A DNA stretch of 64,000 nucleotides from Tubiluchus corallicola (GCA_030141605.1 JAQGDQ010000205.1:124001-188000), one strand, 5' to 3'; counted from the first letter of the stretch, positions 33,558-48,334 are shown. The notes: generated from the letters alone by a model not told the origin. Translations and numbers: made by a program.

Positions 33558-36500
33558 ATGGCTGGGAATATAAAGAAAAAAGCTACTCCTGTTTTTCCGT
33601 GAGTTCACTTTGTTTGGTATCTTTCTTAACTCGGTATAGCTCTGTCGCTTTCATATGTGCCATGTGTAGTTTGCTTTGTTGATTCATGTGTAGTATGCTA
33701 GCACTTTGCTGTGTATTATATTTGGAGAAATTTGGCGCTAATTTTGTCTAATTAATCAAGTTATGGATCGCTTTCAGTTTATGTCTCTTAGGACATACAA
33801 AAACCTCTCAGTGGAATTTTGACTTATTTTTCATTGATTCTTTTAATTGAACTTACTATAAGTGACACACTACAGTCTAGGGCAATTTTATTCTTGCCAA
33901 GATGATGCCATGTACTTATTTGAGGCTGATCGGGTTGGTCATATAACATGTCACCTTTTCTTAGCTTTTTTTGCTAATTTATTAAATTGCTCAGACCGAC
34001 AATAAAAATACTTCTGTTTCGACGTTCAAGGTACAAAAAACTATACAATAATCAATAATTATATGGTAATTTACTAATGCGAAACTAATGCGAAAGCGTG
34101 AAGATATGTGCATTGAAAAAATTTAAAACATTACTGCTAACCAGTGGGAAATACACAAACTTTGATTTCAACTGATATTAAATATTCCACGATTCAGCTT
34201 TAAAGATTCACAAAGCTTTTCCTCTCTCCATACTGACATCTTTTGAGCTCGTGAGGTTAAACAGAAACAAATTTTTTTGTGGCTGGCCTCAATTAGCTTG
34301 AGAAAAGATTTTCATAAATTGTAATAATTTTCCTTTTTGAACTTAAAACAAGAAGCAGGATGTTATATAGCAAGTATTGGCAGATTTTAGAAAGAAATCG
34401 AAATATTTTTTCACATTGACTTTACTGTTGGTACGCTATTGTCTAGAATACGCATTTGTAATAATGTCTTTTGTGGTGCACTATGTATAGTTAGTTGTAG
34501 CAGTTAGTACTTTTTGTCTTTTTAGTGCTAGGATGGAGAAACTGTTGGGTGCTTTGGTGTTGATAGCTGTGTTAGTTACTGCCATCCATTACCTTCTTCC
34601 ATCCAAGAAAAATAAAACTACATTAGAAACTAGCAATGATATTATTCATTCCTCTGTGGACAGGAGTTCTTGGAAGAGTGCAAACATTGAAGCAATGGAG
34701 ATTCCACAGGATGTGATTGACAAAGCAAAAACTATTGAAGTAACTGATGGAAACAAGGAAATTGGGGTAAGAGTGATCAAGTAGGACTGCTATGTACTGC
34801 AAAAACATTCAAACTTAATAATATGGAATCTGGCAAAACGCTCTAGAATAATCATTTTTAAAATGAAAATGAATTAAATAAAAAATATCATATGACCAGC
34901 TGATAACGTCTAATAAGGCAGCTTCATTTGTCATCAAAATACTGGAAAAGTCTAAAAATGTGTCGTCATAATTTTGTTATAGCTAAACGATAATTGCCGA
35001 TACTACCTTGCTTTACAGTTTGTAAAAATAGACCAGTTTGTAAAAATCTCACTGTTGAGCTTAGTATGAATGCCATTCTGTGTGTGTTAAGAGATGATGT
35101 TTTTTTTCTGGTCAGAGAACATGTCTGTATTTGACAGTGAATATCATTTTCTCCTAATATTACTAAAATTAAACAGAAATCATGACATTGCGACACCCTT
35201 GTTAGTTACAAATTTAAAAGTCTTGCTGGGCATAATGCCAGACTGAAAAATTCAGTACATAATTTTATGTTGAACTCTGGTAATTTCTTAATGCTTGGGG
35301 TCTGTATTTAGTACACATTAGAATATGTGCTCCAGTGAGTTACATAGGTAAATTTTATTGAATAAGGACTATAGTAAGACTCTTCATTCACCTGTTGTTA
35401 GGAAAATTTTCCTACAGTGGTAGTAAATTTAAAACAGTTTAAGTTGAACTGTTAATAATAAAAGCTTGTATGTTTTATTCTTTGGTTTAGTGACCGAGCA
35501 ACATTATTGAACAATGCCAGCCATGAAATTAACCTCGTAAATGTCAACTTTACTGCACATGGATTCATAATGATGCACACTTTAAAATGTTCTTTTCTAT
35601 TTTAGCAAACAGGAGTCTCCATTTTTTTCCGTAGAGCTGGTACAGAAACGAAAACTGGTGTTGACGTTCTCTTGTTACACGGTGCTGCATTTTCGTCAGA
35701 TACTTGGAATCAGTTAAAAACAATACATTATCTAGCTGCAATGGGACATAATGTAGTAGCAGTTGACTTGCCAGGTGAGAATGATTTTGTTGTACAAATG
35801 TAAACATAATGGAATAGATGATCGTCACTCAGAGTATGTAGTAAATTTTGTTAGATGCTTTATGACGTTCTAAAGGTTTCAACATGACTTAACAGAGTCA
35901 ATTAACTTTAAAACCACTGAATAAATGTTTAACTGCTTGAGCTTTCAAAAAATATTGCCATTACTCATCCCATCCTAATCTTCAAAATTGTATTGGTTAT
36001 CACACCTGAATTGTACTTAGATTTCAATCTCAACTTCCAATTACGTTGAAAGTGATGAACATTTTACAAATCATTGACTGTGCAACTGATCTGAATATGA
36101 ATACTTAATTTTTTGACGCTGTATGTGGTCAAGTTTTTTCATTTTTTTTCATCAATTTTAGTTTCTTTATTAATATATGAAAATACTCCAACATCATATT
36201 TTTGCATCAAACAACCTCACAACAAGAAAAAACTATATTTTAGTGTACTGTAGTGTGCTGTCTTCTGTGGAAGCAAGAAAGAATTTTTTTTATTTTGGGA
36301 TTTTTTATTTATGAGACCATTTTTGCTAGATTGTGAATTCTAAACCAATTTTTTTATCTTTTGTTTCACTTCCTGATGTTAACAATTTTTCATGGTTATT
36401 TATTGAATTATTGAAATCTGAATATATTAACAACCTTACAAAAATAGCTAGATCTATTTTTTTAATTGACTTGGCATGTGTACTTATCCACATGGTGCAC

Positions 36501-38481
36501 GCGTTTAGTAAAAATGTGATGTTTAAACATTTTCAGGGTTTGCTGATTCTTTTTCTAAAACATTTTTTATCTTTTTAAACTACATTCTTTTTTACTTGTG
36601 AAGGTTTTGGGAACAGCAAACAAGCAAAATTTAAAGGGCCGAAGGTTCAATTCCTCAAAGACGTCATGAAGACATTTGACCTAGAACATCCCGTGGTTGT
36701 AAGTCCCAGCATGAGTGGCGGATTTGCCATACCACTTCTGGTTGAGTCACCTGAATTACTTAGAGGCTTTGTGCCAGTTGCACCTGTTAGTACTGAAGCA
36801 TACAAAGCAGAACAATATAAGGCTGTTAAGGTAACACCTAGACTAATGTGTTTGTTTTCTAACACTCATATACACTCATATCTCGGTTTGCCGGACAAAA
36901 ACCGGGAGACTTCAGTCCAAATTTGCTGAGTGTCCGTGTTTTCCCATACTAAACTAATACAGTAGGCGCCATGTAATAGACTCATGGTAATGTGGAACCA
37001 GTCGCTTTTTTGTCTTAGAAATATCCCGTACGCACAAGTATGTGCACAAACTGTGTACAAGTATATAAAAATCTCAGCAATTGAGTCGAATAACTCCACA
37101 TAATCGATACTATATTTTTTTACATAGAGATATACACATGATTTCACTGATGTACGTGATGTAAACAAAGTGACATCTCACCAACTAGTGGTCAGCTCGC
37201 GAAATAATGGACTGTGTCCGTATTACGCGGGACTTTTGTCTGAATTTTCCGCTATCCATGAGATCCGCCAAACCGAGATATGAGTGTATGAGGAGTCTGC
37301 TGCCATTTACATTTTCTTATTTTAACAGTTTCATTAATTTCATGGATTTCGTGGGCCGTTTCAAGTAAATATAATTAGTTTCTTTATTAAGTAATTCAAC
37401 AAATAAGATTGACAAATAGATGTTGGATACACAAATTGTTTGTTGATTTTCATTTAGTGAGTGTTAAGCTTGAATAGAAATAATTACAATAGCTGACACA
37501 AGACATCGGTGAATTTAACTTCAGTATGAAGTGTGATAAGAAGAATGCACAAATTTAGCCAGGTGAAATAGACAAAAACAGCAGAAAGCAAGCAGCAGAG
37601 GTTTTAGGAAGGAATCAATGTTTATGCAAAAACAGGCAGACAGGGCCTGAGCTGCTAACTTTTTTCCTGCAATTTAGAGATTACCCCGAGGTCTAAAATT
37701 TACGTGACAACAATAAGCCGACAATTGCATTCTCTATACAATTCACCCCCTTTCTGAATGTGTCCTCTTATTAATCTTATAATCTGTTTAAGAAACTGCT
37801 TTTTGTACCTAGCAAAATTCATTTTTATAAAAAATGCGGCTACTGTTTGCTTCAAGGGTCAACATAGTTTTTAAGCATGCAGCATTCAGGATTTTCAGAA
37901 TTTATATATAAAGTTATGTATGATCTGATAGTAGTGATTGAGGAGGAATGGCAAAAGCTGGTTTGAAATTCCATCAAAAAAAACAAAAAATGTCATTGGA
38001 AAATGTAATAACTTGTAAAGTTAATAACTTTTGGTTGTTTCTGTAATGTGCATGATTCATCTTAATCGTACCGATTCGGCATGAAATTTAACTTAATATT
38101 ATAGCATTTTCTGACATTATTTATTTGTTTCACTGAAAACATTAAATACAAACAATATTTAGTCCAAAAGACTGGATTGAGTCTTCATTCTGTGGTGTTA
38201 GCAATATGTGCAAAAAAAAAACACATTCAGTATTTGTAATTTATTATACCAAATAAACTTAACTTAATTGCTATTTAAACAAAACTGCATTTCAGACTCC
38301 TACATTAATAGTCTATGGTGAGCATGACAGTGGCTTGGGACCAGTATCCACTGCAAATTTGAGAAACCTACCTAACAGTAAAGAATTGATGATACCTGAA
38401 GGAAAACATCCGGCATACTTGCAAAATCCAGGTCTGTGGCACAAAGCTTTGTATAATTTTCTTAAACTTGTCGGTGACTAA
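33558..38481 (+). CDS. ABHD14: Alpha/beta hydrolase ABHD14-like (membrane-anchored, ABHD14A-type)
   Basis: Exons 33558-33598 (probable), 34526-34766, 35606-35774, 36604-36830, 38296-38481. LLLHGAAFSSDTW, AVDLPGFGNS, nucleophile elbow VVSPSMSG (SxSxS), GFVPVAPV, TPTLIVYGEHD, HPAYL; hydrophobic N-terminal anchor LLGALVLIAVLVTAIHYLL. Confidence 0.9.
36873..37286. mobile_element. Tc1/mariner-pogo-type MITE
   Basis: TIRs CACTCATATCTCGGTTTGCCGGA / TCCGCCAAACCGAGATATGAGTG, flanked by TA on both sides. Confidence 0.85.
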
Positions 38482-41400
38482 GATAAGGCTGAGTTTTGAA
38501 AACTAGTAGACTAGTACTGTATCCAAGGAGGGTTAGTTTGCAAAAATTTGCAATTAGAGCTAAAGAATCTTTTAGTGCTGAAGAAGCTTGGGCAATTTTT
38601 TACTGGTGAGTCTATACTACAACACAGTTTGCAGTTAGCCAATTTTGTTTTTATGTATGATTTTGTATGCTCATTAGGCTGTAGGAAAAATTTGAGGCTT
38701 CATTTGCTAGTTGAATCCATGGCCTTGTAATTGTTGATCAGAGGATAAATACACTTAATTGTTTTTGTGGTAACTATCACCTCAAAAGATTGCTGCAGTA
38801 GTAATGTGCGGGATGTAATTTCTATATTCCTAAATTGCTGGGAAATGTATTTTATATGCAAAATTTTCAAGTTGTGCTAGAAATAATAAATTGTACGTTG
38901 TTAACGCCTTACAATTGTTCATAAAATCATTAGTACAGTTTAGTGACAATGTGCATTGGCACTGTGTCAGTGGTAACTGGTAAACTGGTTGTGAGCACTG
39001 TCAGCACATAGCTTCATCTTTTTAAAGCAAGGTTTCTAATGTTACTTTGTTGAGCTGAAGATAAATGATTTGGTCTCATGAGTTGGAAACAGTAATTTTA
39101 CTGTAAAAAAGGATTACATACTTACAGGCAGAACAAATATTTTGTTTAATATAAATTGCACATACTTTTTATTATCATTTTTGAAAGGTTTTATGTGAGC
39201 TGTGTGAAGTGTATCTTTTTCTATTTTTACTTAATTGCTCCACCATAGTAATAACATACGTAAGCAAAGAACTCGAGAAATACTTGAAACATTTTCAGTA
39301 AAATACTTGAAATATTCAAAGCTGCAAATACCTGTATGTCAAATAAGAATGAACAAGTTCAGTAACCTTTAGTATATCCTATCCAGCAGAATACCAAAAT
39401 TTCTCGGTGTGGCAGTTGGTTAACTATGCCGTCCGAAAACTATTTCCTATAGTCTAAATTATCTTATTGCGTGAATGATTTTATAGTGATGATGTAATGA
39501 TGCATTTAGATTCATAAATTGAAAATTTTTAAATAGTGACATAACTATATACCATATACACCATTTTTATCAAGTGATTTCACGATTTCATACAAAACCG
39601 ATGAAATATACTATGATTAAGAATGATGTTAATATGCGCAAAAAGAGAGTATTTTGACTGGCCTCACCAGATCTATCCACATTTCAGCAAAGTAAAATTA
39701 CTGACATAAATTACCATGTTGTGAAGTCATTAATTCAAAATAAATTTAATTTGTGATTGTAATTAATCTTCGGGTAACATTCTTGATAAAAATTACAATA
39801 TTGTTATACATTCCACTGTTACTTGTTAGAATTAAGTGCCTTATTTCAAGTTTTAGCAGCTAATAAATTTTAGAAAGTTAGCAACAGTTATTGTTGAAAT
39901 TAAGGTTAGGTCTATGTTAACTTTCATTTGTTAAAAATTTGTTGCTTTTGATACTGTTGAAGATGGGTAATAAAATTTGAAAAATACTTATGTCTGTTGA
40001 TTTTTGTGTGTGTTTTTTAAATTTATGTTTTTTTGGTAGGGAATGGAAGGATTTTTATTAGTAATCTCTGTTATGAATTGTGATAACATTGGATTGTACT
40101 GTGTAGATGTAATGCATGTGTTACATCTGTGTACTGCAAAACTAATACATGAAACTCTAGAAAAGATATCTAACATAATATTATAGTTCAGAAACATAGT
40201 CATAATAATTTTTTGGATCTGCACGTATCCATGGTTATATTGTTATCGCACGCCACAGTTCATCGTGAGAGGTTGAAATATCACGAACCATTGCGTAGAC
40301 AGTAATGGAGCCCGAATTTTTCAGTTTCTGAATACAGCCCTCGTGTATTCTCATTTATGGATCATGCCTGTTAAATGAATCTACCTTATGCATTGCTTTT
40401 TTAATTATATATTTGCACATACATGCACAGAGTGCAGCACAGTATTATTATAATACATTAACCACGTTAACATGCAGTGTGGCTTATATAACACTGTTAA
40501 AAATTACACCTGTTATATTGTTGTGGTTTTTTTCATTTTAATGTATAATTTGTCTGCAAAAAACGGGATTCCAGGAGTTCGCTTAGTTTTTGGTGGCTAT
40601 ATATTTTTGCTCTACGAGTATATAGTGTATGTAATGTATCAAATCGTTATAATCGTGGTAGTTAAAGTGAAGCACCACAAAAAGTTGTTTAGAGAATGAG
40701 TGTACTATATAACCCAGTTTTGGGTGCCTTATTCGCAATGGCTACCAAAATTAAAGCCATACCAAGTATCAAAATGAGGGGTCAGTTGCAAACGTGAGCT
40801 AAATAGTAAATGTTTCTCGTGATTTTCTTATGGAAATCATTAAATTTACACTCAAAAAAACAAGCAAGTAGGATGTGCCGGATCCATGCAAGCATGTTAA
40901 TACTTCCGTTCTAAGTTGATTATTGCGTGATCATGAGTGAATATCATTTGTACAACACGTGTACATACAAACATCAGCAAATGTTAAATTTCTGCAACAA
41001 GTGTGCAGTAAAGATAAACATGTATAATATTTTATAAAGTGATTTATGAAAGCCCCAATTAGTACCGATTCGACAACTTTAAAACAATCCTGAGGAGGTG
41101 GGTTAGCGTGTTCGTGGGAAGGGTATACAAATTACAAACGCAACAATTTATTACATGAAAGTATAGCTGAAACAGTAGATAATTTATAAATGCCCTCAAT
41201 ATTTAGTGGCCCGGAAGCACTTGCGCACCTTGCTGGGCCTGAGACAGATTTATGGATAGAGTACATCAACCAGAAAATTCACTAGGCCTTATCTCTGCCT
41301 CAACCCTGTCGCCACACAGAATTATCATGAAAGATATAGTGCTGCACTGGAGGGTAAGGTGATAAAAAAAGACGGCTTTAATTGGTGTTCAACAAACATA

Positions 41401-41722
41401 CTTGTGGGATATCTACAAAAGGTATTGGAGAATGTTGAGCTTGACTCTGCCGCTTTCAGGCTCTGATCAATGATCATACCTCTCAAGACTGCAGGGCGTG
41501 CAAGACGCACAATGCGTTTTCACTTAACATTGAGAAACTGTTAGGTTTTCTGTTGTTTCAGCAATACTTTGACGTAATAACTTTTGTGTTTTTTTGTTAA
41601 TTTTGTTGCTTTTTGTCACTTGGCCCTAGCAAATAATTATAATACAGTGCAGCTTATATACAACACACCCTTATTAAGTAAAGGTTCCCCGTAAAAAGTG
41701 ATCAAATCATGATGATTGAATC

Positions 41723-41813
41723 AATTTACAATTCTATACACAATTTAAATACCCTAGCCCTAACCCTAATCCGCTTCATGAACTAATTTCCTTATGTGTG
41801 GGGAATTGTAAAT
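41723..41813 (-). mobile_element. Second (partial) copy of the TTAGGG-containing palindromic element
   Basis: Reverse complement matches 11214-11330. Confidence 0.7.
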
Positions 41814-42005
41814 CTTATACGTAATGATTAGTGATAGGACCCTAATTGTTGGTATCACTAATGTGAGCATGCCACTCTGCCAAGTTGTCCTTTATGACCC
41901 ATTTTTACGAGCAGCCAAAAATTGAATTGGGCGTAGATAATGCCCAGTGTGCAGTTATAGATGCGCCGACGTATTTGTTAGCGGTGAGATCGTAAAGAGA
42001 TCAAT

Positions 42006-45000
42006 ATGGCAGCTCCCAGTACAAAGTCACAATTACTCACTATTGTAGATGACTTAGAAATTACAACAAAGTAAGTTCATTCCGTCGTAATTACGTACCA
42101 GATGTGCTTAGACAAGGTTATGAGTTATATTTTAGAATAGATTAGAGAATAATTCGAATATGTTCGGTATTTCAATCCTAACGATAAGGGCAGAAATTAA
42201 CAAAATTACTCTTTAAAACTGTACCCAAAAACACTAACCTGCAATATTGAAAACGCTGAGCGGTTGAACTAATAGATTAACGAAATCTGTAATGCCATAC
42301 CCAAACTATTGCTTTGATGACTTGTCTTTAAATTTTGCAGGGAATTGTTTGACTGCCTGATTACGAGAAAGCAAGAAGGTCAGAATGTAGAAGAAGAATA
42401 TCAAAAACTCACTGAACTACTTATACAAAAAGAAGAGGAACTCAAGAATATGCTAAAAATTGGTATGAGCAATTTTTGTTGTCATGTTTTATGAAGCTTT
42501 CACGCAGCTTTTTCTGAACCTGTTGTCCAAACCCAGTTAGCAATTTTCTTACATTCTCCAGCTTCTATCGTAATTTCTTTTCAGTTTGTTAATAAAATGT
42601 TGTTATGAATTAATCAGTGTTTATTTTTCATGTTGTGGCTATACATCTGTATTACAAGTTGGCTACATGCAGTAGAAACATTAGAAGCAGTACAGTACAA
42701 AAGTCATCATTATTTTTAATCAATCCTAGATGTACTTTAGATGCAATGATTCCAAATTAGTCACTAAATATTAGGCTGGCTTTCATTTATGCCAATAGAA
42801 AGCAGAATATGGATACTGTGTAGGGTGTTTAGTAGTGTCTTTCTGTCTGTGTATGTGTCTCCCCTTGCTATAAAATAAAAACAGATTGAAGCGGTCTGGT
42901 GAAGAGCAGAAAACTCCATGAATTTGGGGTCAAAAGGATATTAGTTAAGGTTATAAGGGAAAAATTGCCTGTCCAGACAAAAGGGATGAACTTTAGTCAC
43001 CAAATTTGGCGCAGGGATAAGAGTGGACGAGATAAAAAAGATGCCCAATGCTTTTAAATTAAAAATGTTGAAGGTCAAGTTCAAAAGATTCAAAACTGTC
43101 AAAATAAGTTTTTGTTCATCTATAGTGACTTGATGTCAGGGCATTTTCTTTCTCTGAAGGTGTTCACCTTCACCTGTTTTGAGGGTCATCCTTCTAATTA
43201 CATCTATTTTCCGAAAATGAACAAGCTACTTTGGGAAAAGAGCTCCTTTGATATTAGGTTAGAACTTGAACCTCTCTAGAACAGAAAACCAATTTATAAA
43301 ATATGGCTTCCTGGAATTATTCCTAATTATCTATTCATGTACTAGTTGGCAATGACAATGCTTAATTCTGAGAAAGCCAGTCCCCATAGTAGGGTATGGA
43401 TTAGATTAACCCAGGTAACCGTTGTTCTTTCAGTTTTGTTAATAGTACATTACTATTCATAGCCAAGGAACAAGGAGAGGTACAGAAAAAAATAGACTTG
43501 TTAAAAGAACAATCTCGAAAAAGGGACCAGGATGTTCACATTCTACAACATCAACTTAAAGAAGCTGAATACATATTGGTAATGTCTAATATTTATATTC
43601 AGTCATATCTATAGTTTGTCTGTCAAAATTTTTCACGTTGACATGTTGATGCAGCAACTTATACTGCAAGCCCTTTAACTAAAGCTTTGACACAAACAAA
43701 CTACATCACCTAGACAGAGTGTGTTTTTGTTTTAGTGATATGATTATACTGGACTGCAAATTATTTGCAGATCAGTTAACATTATTTAGAATTGTGCACT
43801 TATAGTAGAAATTATGTTACAGTGGCAGCCAAAATTGGTGAGGGTGCTGGTTCAGAACATTTTTAGCCATTGTCTTAATACTGTGTAAAACGAAACAAAT
43901 ATATGTAATTTTAATGTTGTAATTTGTGATTGTAATTTTAAACAAACAAACATATAAAAGTTTATACATAAACTTGATAAAATCATAAAAAAATTTTCCT
44001 TACTAATAGCCTAAATTGTCACCGTTTAACCTTAATTCCTTCATGGTAAGCACATGACAACTGTCAACAAACTGTGTGAGTGACAGTACTTTCTCTACTT
44101 GGGCTCAGACATGTGCACATGGCCGCATGGCCACAACAGCCGAGCATTGCATTGCTGGTGTGCACTGTACTGGGCTGTGAAATAGTAGTACCTTCGCGTG
44201 CTCTGGTGCCATACAAGAATAAAAGAAAGAACTAAAGAAAAAAGATTTTTTATATTGAATATTATCGATAATATTGCGTAAAAATATGGGGTGCTGTAGT
44301 TCCACAGCACCTATACACTAGCCGCCACTGCTCTGTTATCTAGAACGTCCATGTACATACTTTTTCATTAGTTAACTCATTCAAGAGAATTGTGAAATTT
44401 GCTATAAATACATCATGGCAGCATTCTCAGGAAATTTTCCTTGTTTTTATTTTCTGTTTGTTCAGTAAATGATACACCATGATTTTTTGTTGAGAGACTG
44501 TATTTTAACATGAAAACCCACAGTTTCAACATTTTATTATGATAATAATATGATAATTTTATTTTGATAATAGCAACACATAGTATACTATACTAGTGTT
44601 TTGCCTTGCATCTCAAAGTCTTTGAATATAGTATTTGCCCTGGTTTATACACACTCTTTCCATGATGCGAAACTCGATTTATGAGCAAATCATTTACGTT
44701 AAGTGTTTTGTTCAGTCTATAAACACGATTTATGTATATAAATAATATTACAGTATAACATGATTGTGACATTTTTTACCAACGTAGGATGGTAGTGTCG
44801 TCTGTTGGCTGAATTCGGAATCGTAAGCTGCACAATTTTTTTGTTTTGCTTCTGAGGCTTACCAAAAGTGATAAAAAAACTTCATTTTCATTTCACAGTC
44901 GACCGCTATTTATCAGGCAAAGCAGAAACTTGCCTCAATAAACCGAGCACAAAGTAACAAAGTTTGTTCAGAAGATCTCATTCGATATGCACATCGTATT

Positions 45001-47137
45001 AGTGCATCTAATGCTGTAGCAGCTCCATTATCTTGGGATATAGGTAATAATTTTTCGCTTGCGTCTTTTACTTGTTGCTTGCTTTTGTAATATAGTACAT
45101 TTGAATATTCTTTACCTCCACATTCGTGATTGTCTTGGTCATGGTTAGCAAAATGTGAAAATCAAACTACATTTTTGTACTTTTTTCATGTTATTTTGTA
45201 TTTCAACTAATTGATATAAAAATATTAAACAAAGAAACATTTAATAATGGAAAGTTTCCTCTACAATGACAAAATGTTTTCTCATGATTGTGGGAGCGAA
45301 ATTGACGTCATCCTACAGTGATCATAGACTAGAATCATTTGTACTCTAGAGTGCGTGTTTCTAATTGTATGTTTTGTCTCGTCTCATGATGTTTAATGAA
45401 GTTACATCATTTAAATTTTTCAAAATATTATCTAATATTATCTGAAGCGTACTGTTTCATGATTCTCTGACTGTAGTAATGTCATTTGATAACCAGAATT
45501 TTTTGCTGTTTGACCTTAGCAGAAACACTCTGTTTGTATGGTTTTAGCATCTTTGATGTCGGCTGTACAAAATGTTTCCACTGCTACTCAAACAGCTTGT
45601 TAAATACTGAACCTGTTATGCTGTATTTATTATTTCTTTTCTTTTGTCATTTTTTACATTTGATCGCCTTGAATATCTATATTTCACCCTTCCAGCAGCT
45701 TACATGTAAGACTACATATTATTTCACTCCCTATTAAATACAACTTCACACTTCTTTCCATTTTTTTTCAGGTGATCCTCGCCGACCATACCCCCAGGAT
45801 ATAGAAATGCGACTTGGTTTTCTTGGCCGGAAAAGTGATTTACCATTTGTAGCTGAGCAACAGAATGCAGCTAATAAACCAGGTATTGTGAATTGGCTGT
45901 CTAATTATTTTTTTAAACCAGGTATTGTGAAATGGCTGTCTAATTATTTTTTAAACCAGGTATTGTGAATTGGCTGTCTAATTATTTTTTTAAACCAGGT
46001 ATTGTGAAATGGCAGTCTAATTATTTTTTTAAACCACGTATTGTGAATTGGCTGTCTAATAATTTTGTTCAACAATTTTGATTTATATCAGATTTAAGCA
46101 GATTTAAAAATGTCTGCAAAATTTGTCTGCAAAATTTATAGGCATTTAATCTTGAATTAAACATTGGATGACAGAACTATTTATTTTATACACAATTTAA
46201 TGAATGATAGACTTGCAGTGTGTCTACAACGGAGCCACTAAATACAGTTTTTTACTACAGTTTATAATCATAAGATTTGCTATAATGATTTTTACAAGTT
46301 AGTGTCATATTTTTGAAAAGAATTTAAAATTTAGTTTTCAAATGCAAGTGGAATTTTTATCATTTCAAGATATCGGCTACTGATCACACCAGCAAGTAAA
46401 GTTTGTCCATTTAAAATTCAACAACAATAGTTAACATTTGTGCATAAGAATTCTATTAGTTCAAGTAGCTTTTGTTATTAGAGCAATGATTATCACATGT
46501 ACAAGAACAGTTTCGTATTGTTGACATGTTGTGTAAAATGTATGCTCCCATAGATTAACAGGAAATCGCGAGAAATCATTTTATAGGCCATAGTACTTCT
46601 TTCAGGTATCAGGTGTATATTTTCGTGGTTCTTGATTTAGATACAGTAGTCTTTCAACTTTTGAGCACTTCGACAAAAATTTGGCTTCTAAATTTTACGT
46701 TAAATGGTCAGCCTGTCATTTGCTTGCCATATTTTAGAAGGTGAACCATTAACAATAAATATCGTTTTGTAAAACTCATCCATATCATGCATTTTGAACA
46801 ATTGATTACATTTTTAAATAGTAATAATTCTTATCGTTTAGTTGCAAAGTTTTGTAAGGCCTTTGTTTGAGTATTGAACTGGGCGAGTGTTGTCAGACAG
46901 CAGAGCAAACTGTATGTTTATGAAAATGCATACTTTTAATTTCTGTCATTTTCAGTTCAAGGTAGTTCGTTGGCATGGCAACCACCCCCAGAAATGGCAC
47001 CCACAGTCAGTGCAACAGCTGGCAGTCATAGTGCAATGGTGATGGAAAATCGAGGTCAGAATAAGGAAAATGAACATGATGATGTTGAAGTAATGTCTAC
47101 AGACAGCTCTAGTAGTAGCTCCAGCGAGTCAACCTAA
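42006..47137 (+). CDS. MED4: Mediator complex subunit 4
   Basis: Exons 42006-42070, 42341-42463, 43463-43578, 44899-45043, 45772-45882, 46956-47137. Motifs [54 protein letters not shown] and C-terminal [15 protein letters not shown]. Confidence 0.95.
42774..43383 (+). mobile_element. Non-autonomous Helentron/HINE-like element (tentative)
   Basis: Short sub-terminal inverted repeats GGCTGGCTTTC / GAAAGCCAGTCC, internal (TGTC)-type microsatellite and AAGGTCAA/GGGGTCAAA cores. Confidence 0.4.
43820..44330. mobile_element. hAT-like MITE
   Basis: Ends CAGTGGCAGCC..GGTGCTG / CAGCACC..GCCGCCACTG; degenerate 8-bp TSD TTATGTTA / CTCTGTTA. Confidence 0.6.
45876..46066 (+). repeat. 5 x ~39 bp tandem repeat spanning the MED4 exon 5 donor
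   Basis: AAACCAG|GTATTGTGAA(T/A)TGGCTGTCTAATTATTTTTTT units starting at 45876, 45915, 45953, 45992, 46031. Confidence 0.95.
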
Positions 47138-48334
47138 TCCTGTTAGCTTCAAGACTCCATTCCATTTCATTATTGTATATATTTTTCAATTTTGTATGTA
47201 AAGCATAAATGTTTTGTGTCGTCAATAATTAGTTAAGCAGTAATGTACCAATTTTGCAAAAATGGATCTCTGAATCTCATGTTTAAACAAAAAAAGGAAA
47301 AAAGACAAATAATTCCATAAAAGATCTCTGTTACTTTTTATTTTTGTGAGTCGTCTGCATATATGGTTTTTCAGCATTATGCCAACATGCTGCATATTGT
47401 ACCACTTTGTGTGAAGGTGATTTATTAATGTCTAAAATATTGCACCAGTTGGAACAAAATTGGACTGTTGACCGTGCATTGTCGTTGAACACTGTTGAAC
47501 AACATCAATGTGCACATCAAATATTATACCAAACTGAATGTGCATGACGAGTTGATAATACACTTGCAGTCTATATTCTTAATTGTCTGTATGTGTAAAA
47601 ATATCTAATCTTGTACCAATACGATGACATTATTTTTAAAAAAATAATATTGTTTCCAAGATTTCGACCATTTTGTGACAAAATTCTGTGCTGGGATAAC
47701 AACTTTACTGACCCAAGGTTAAGAGTTCGAGTTACTAACTAGTTGTTGCTGGTAAATGTGCTTCCTGCTTTTTTGTCCCAAGTTTTGTTTTTAAAAATAG
47801 CCTACTCATTGAGAGCCATCCACCCAGCCCATGCAAAAAAATCTAGACTGACCGTCAAAGACCTATTTGGAGCTTGATCATAATCGTAGGACTGAGTTTC
47901 AATAACCTTTGTGTCTAAGGTCGCTTGTTATTTAACTACCATCCCTTTGTCTATTTTACTCAGACCCTGTTGCTTTTGTAAGCTCTATATTTTATGCGAG
48001 ATAAACTCATAATAATAGTAATTTATATAACTAGCAACATAACGATTAGTGGCAATGAGTGCAGGAATTGGTGAAGTGGAGACACATGTAATTACACTGT
48101 CTCGACTACGATTTCGATTACGTGATCTTACTTACTTACTTACTTTGCAGCAGTTACAATATTATACATGTACTAATCTACTAGGATATAGTGCACTCTT
48201 AGCAACAGTGCAGCATATAGTCAAGTTGGCTGACTTTAATTTTATACATAGTAGTAGTCGTAAAACAAAACAAATATGCAATAAACTTTAATAATAACGT
48301 CAAGATTGGCCATATTGCGTTTGCACGTGCTATT

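Noticed and set aside
45876-46066. CRISPR-like array
   Set aside because: Units are contiguous with no unique spacers, there are no cas genes, and the context is eukaryotic.
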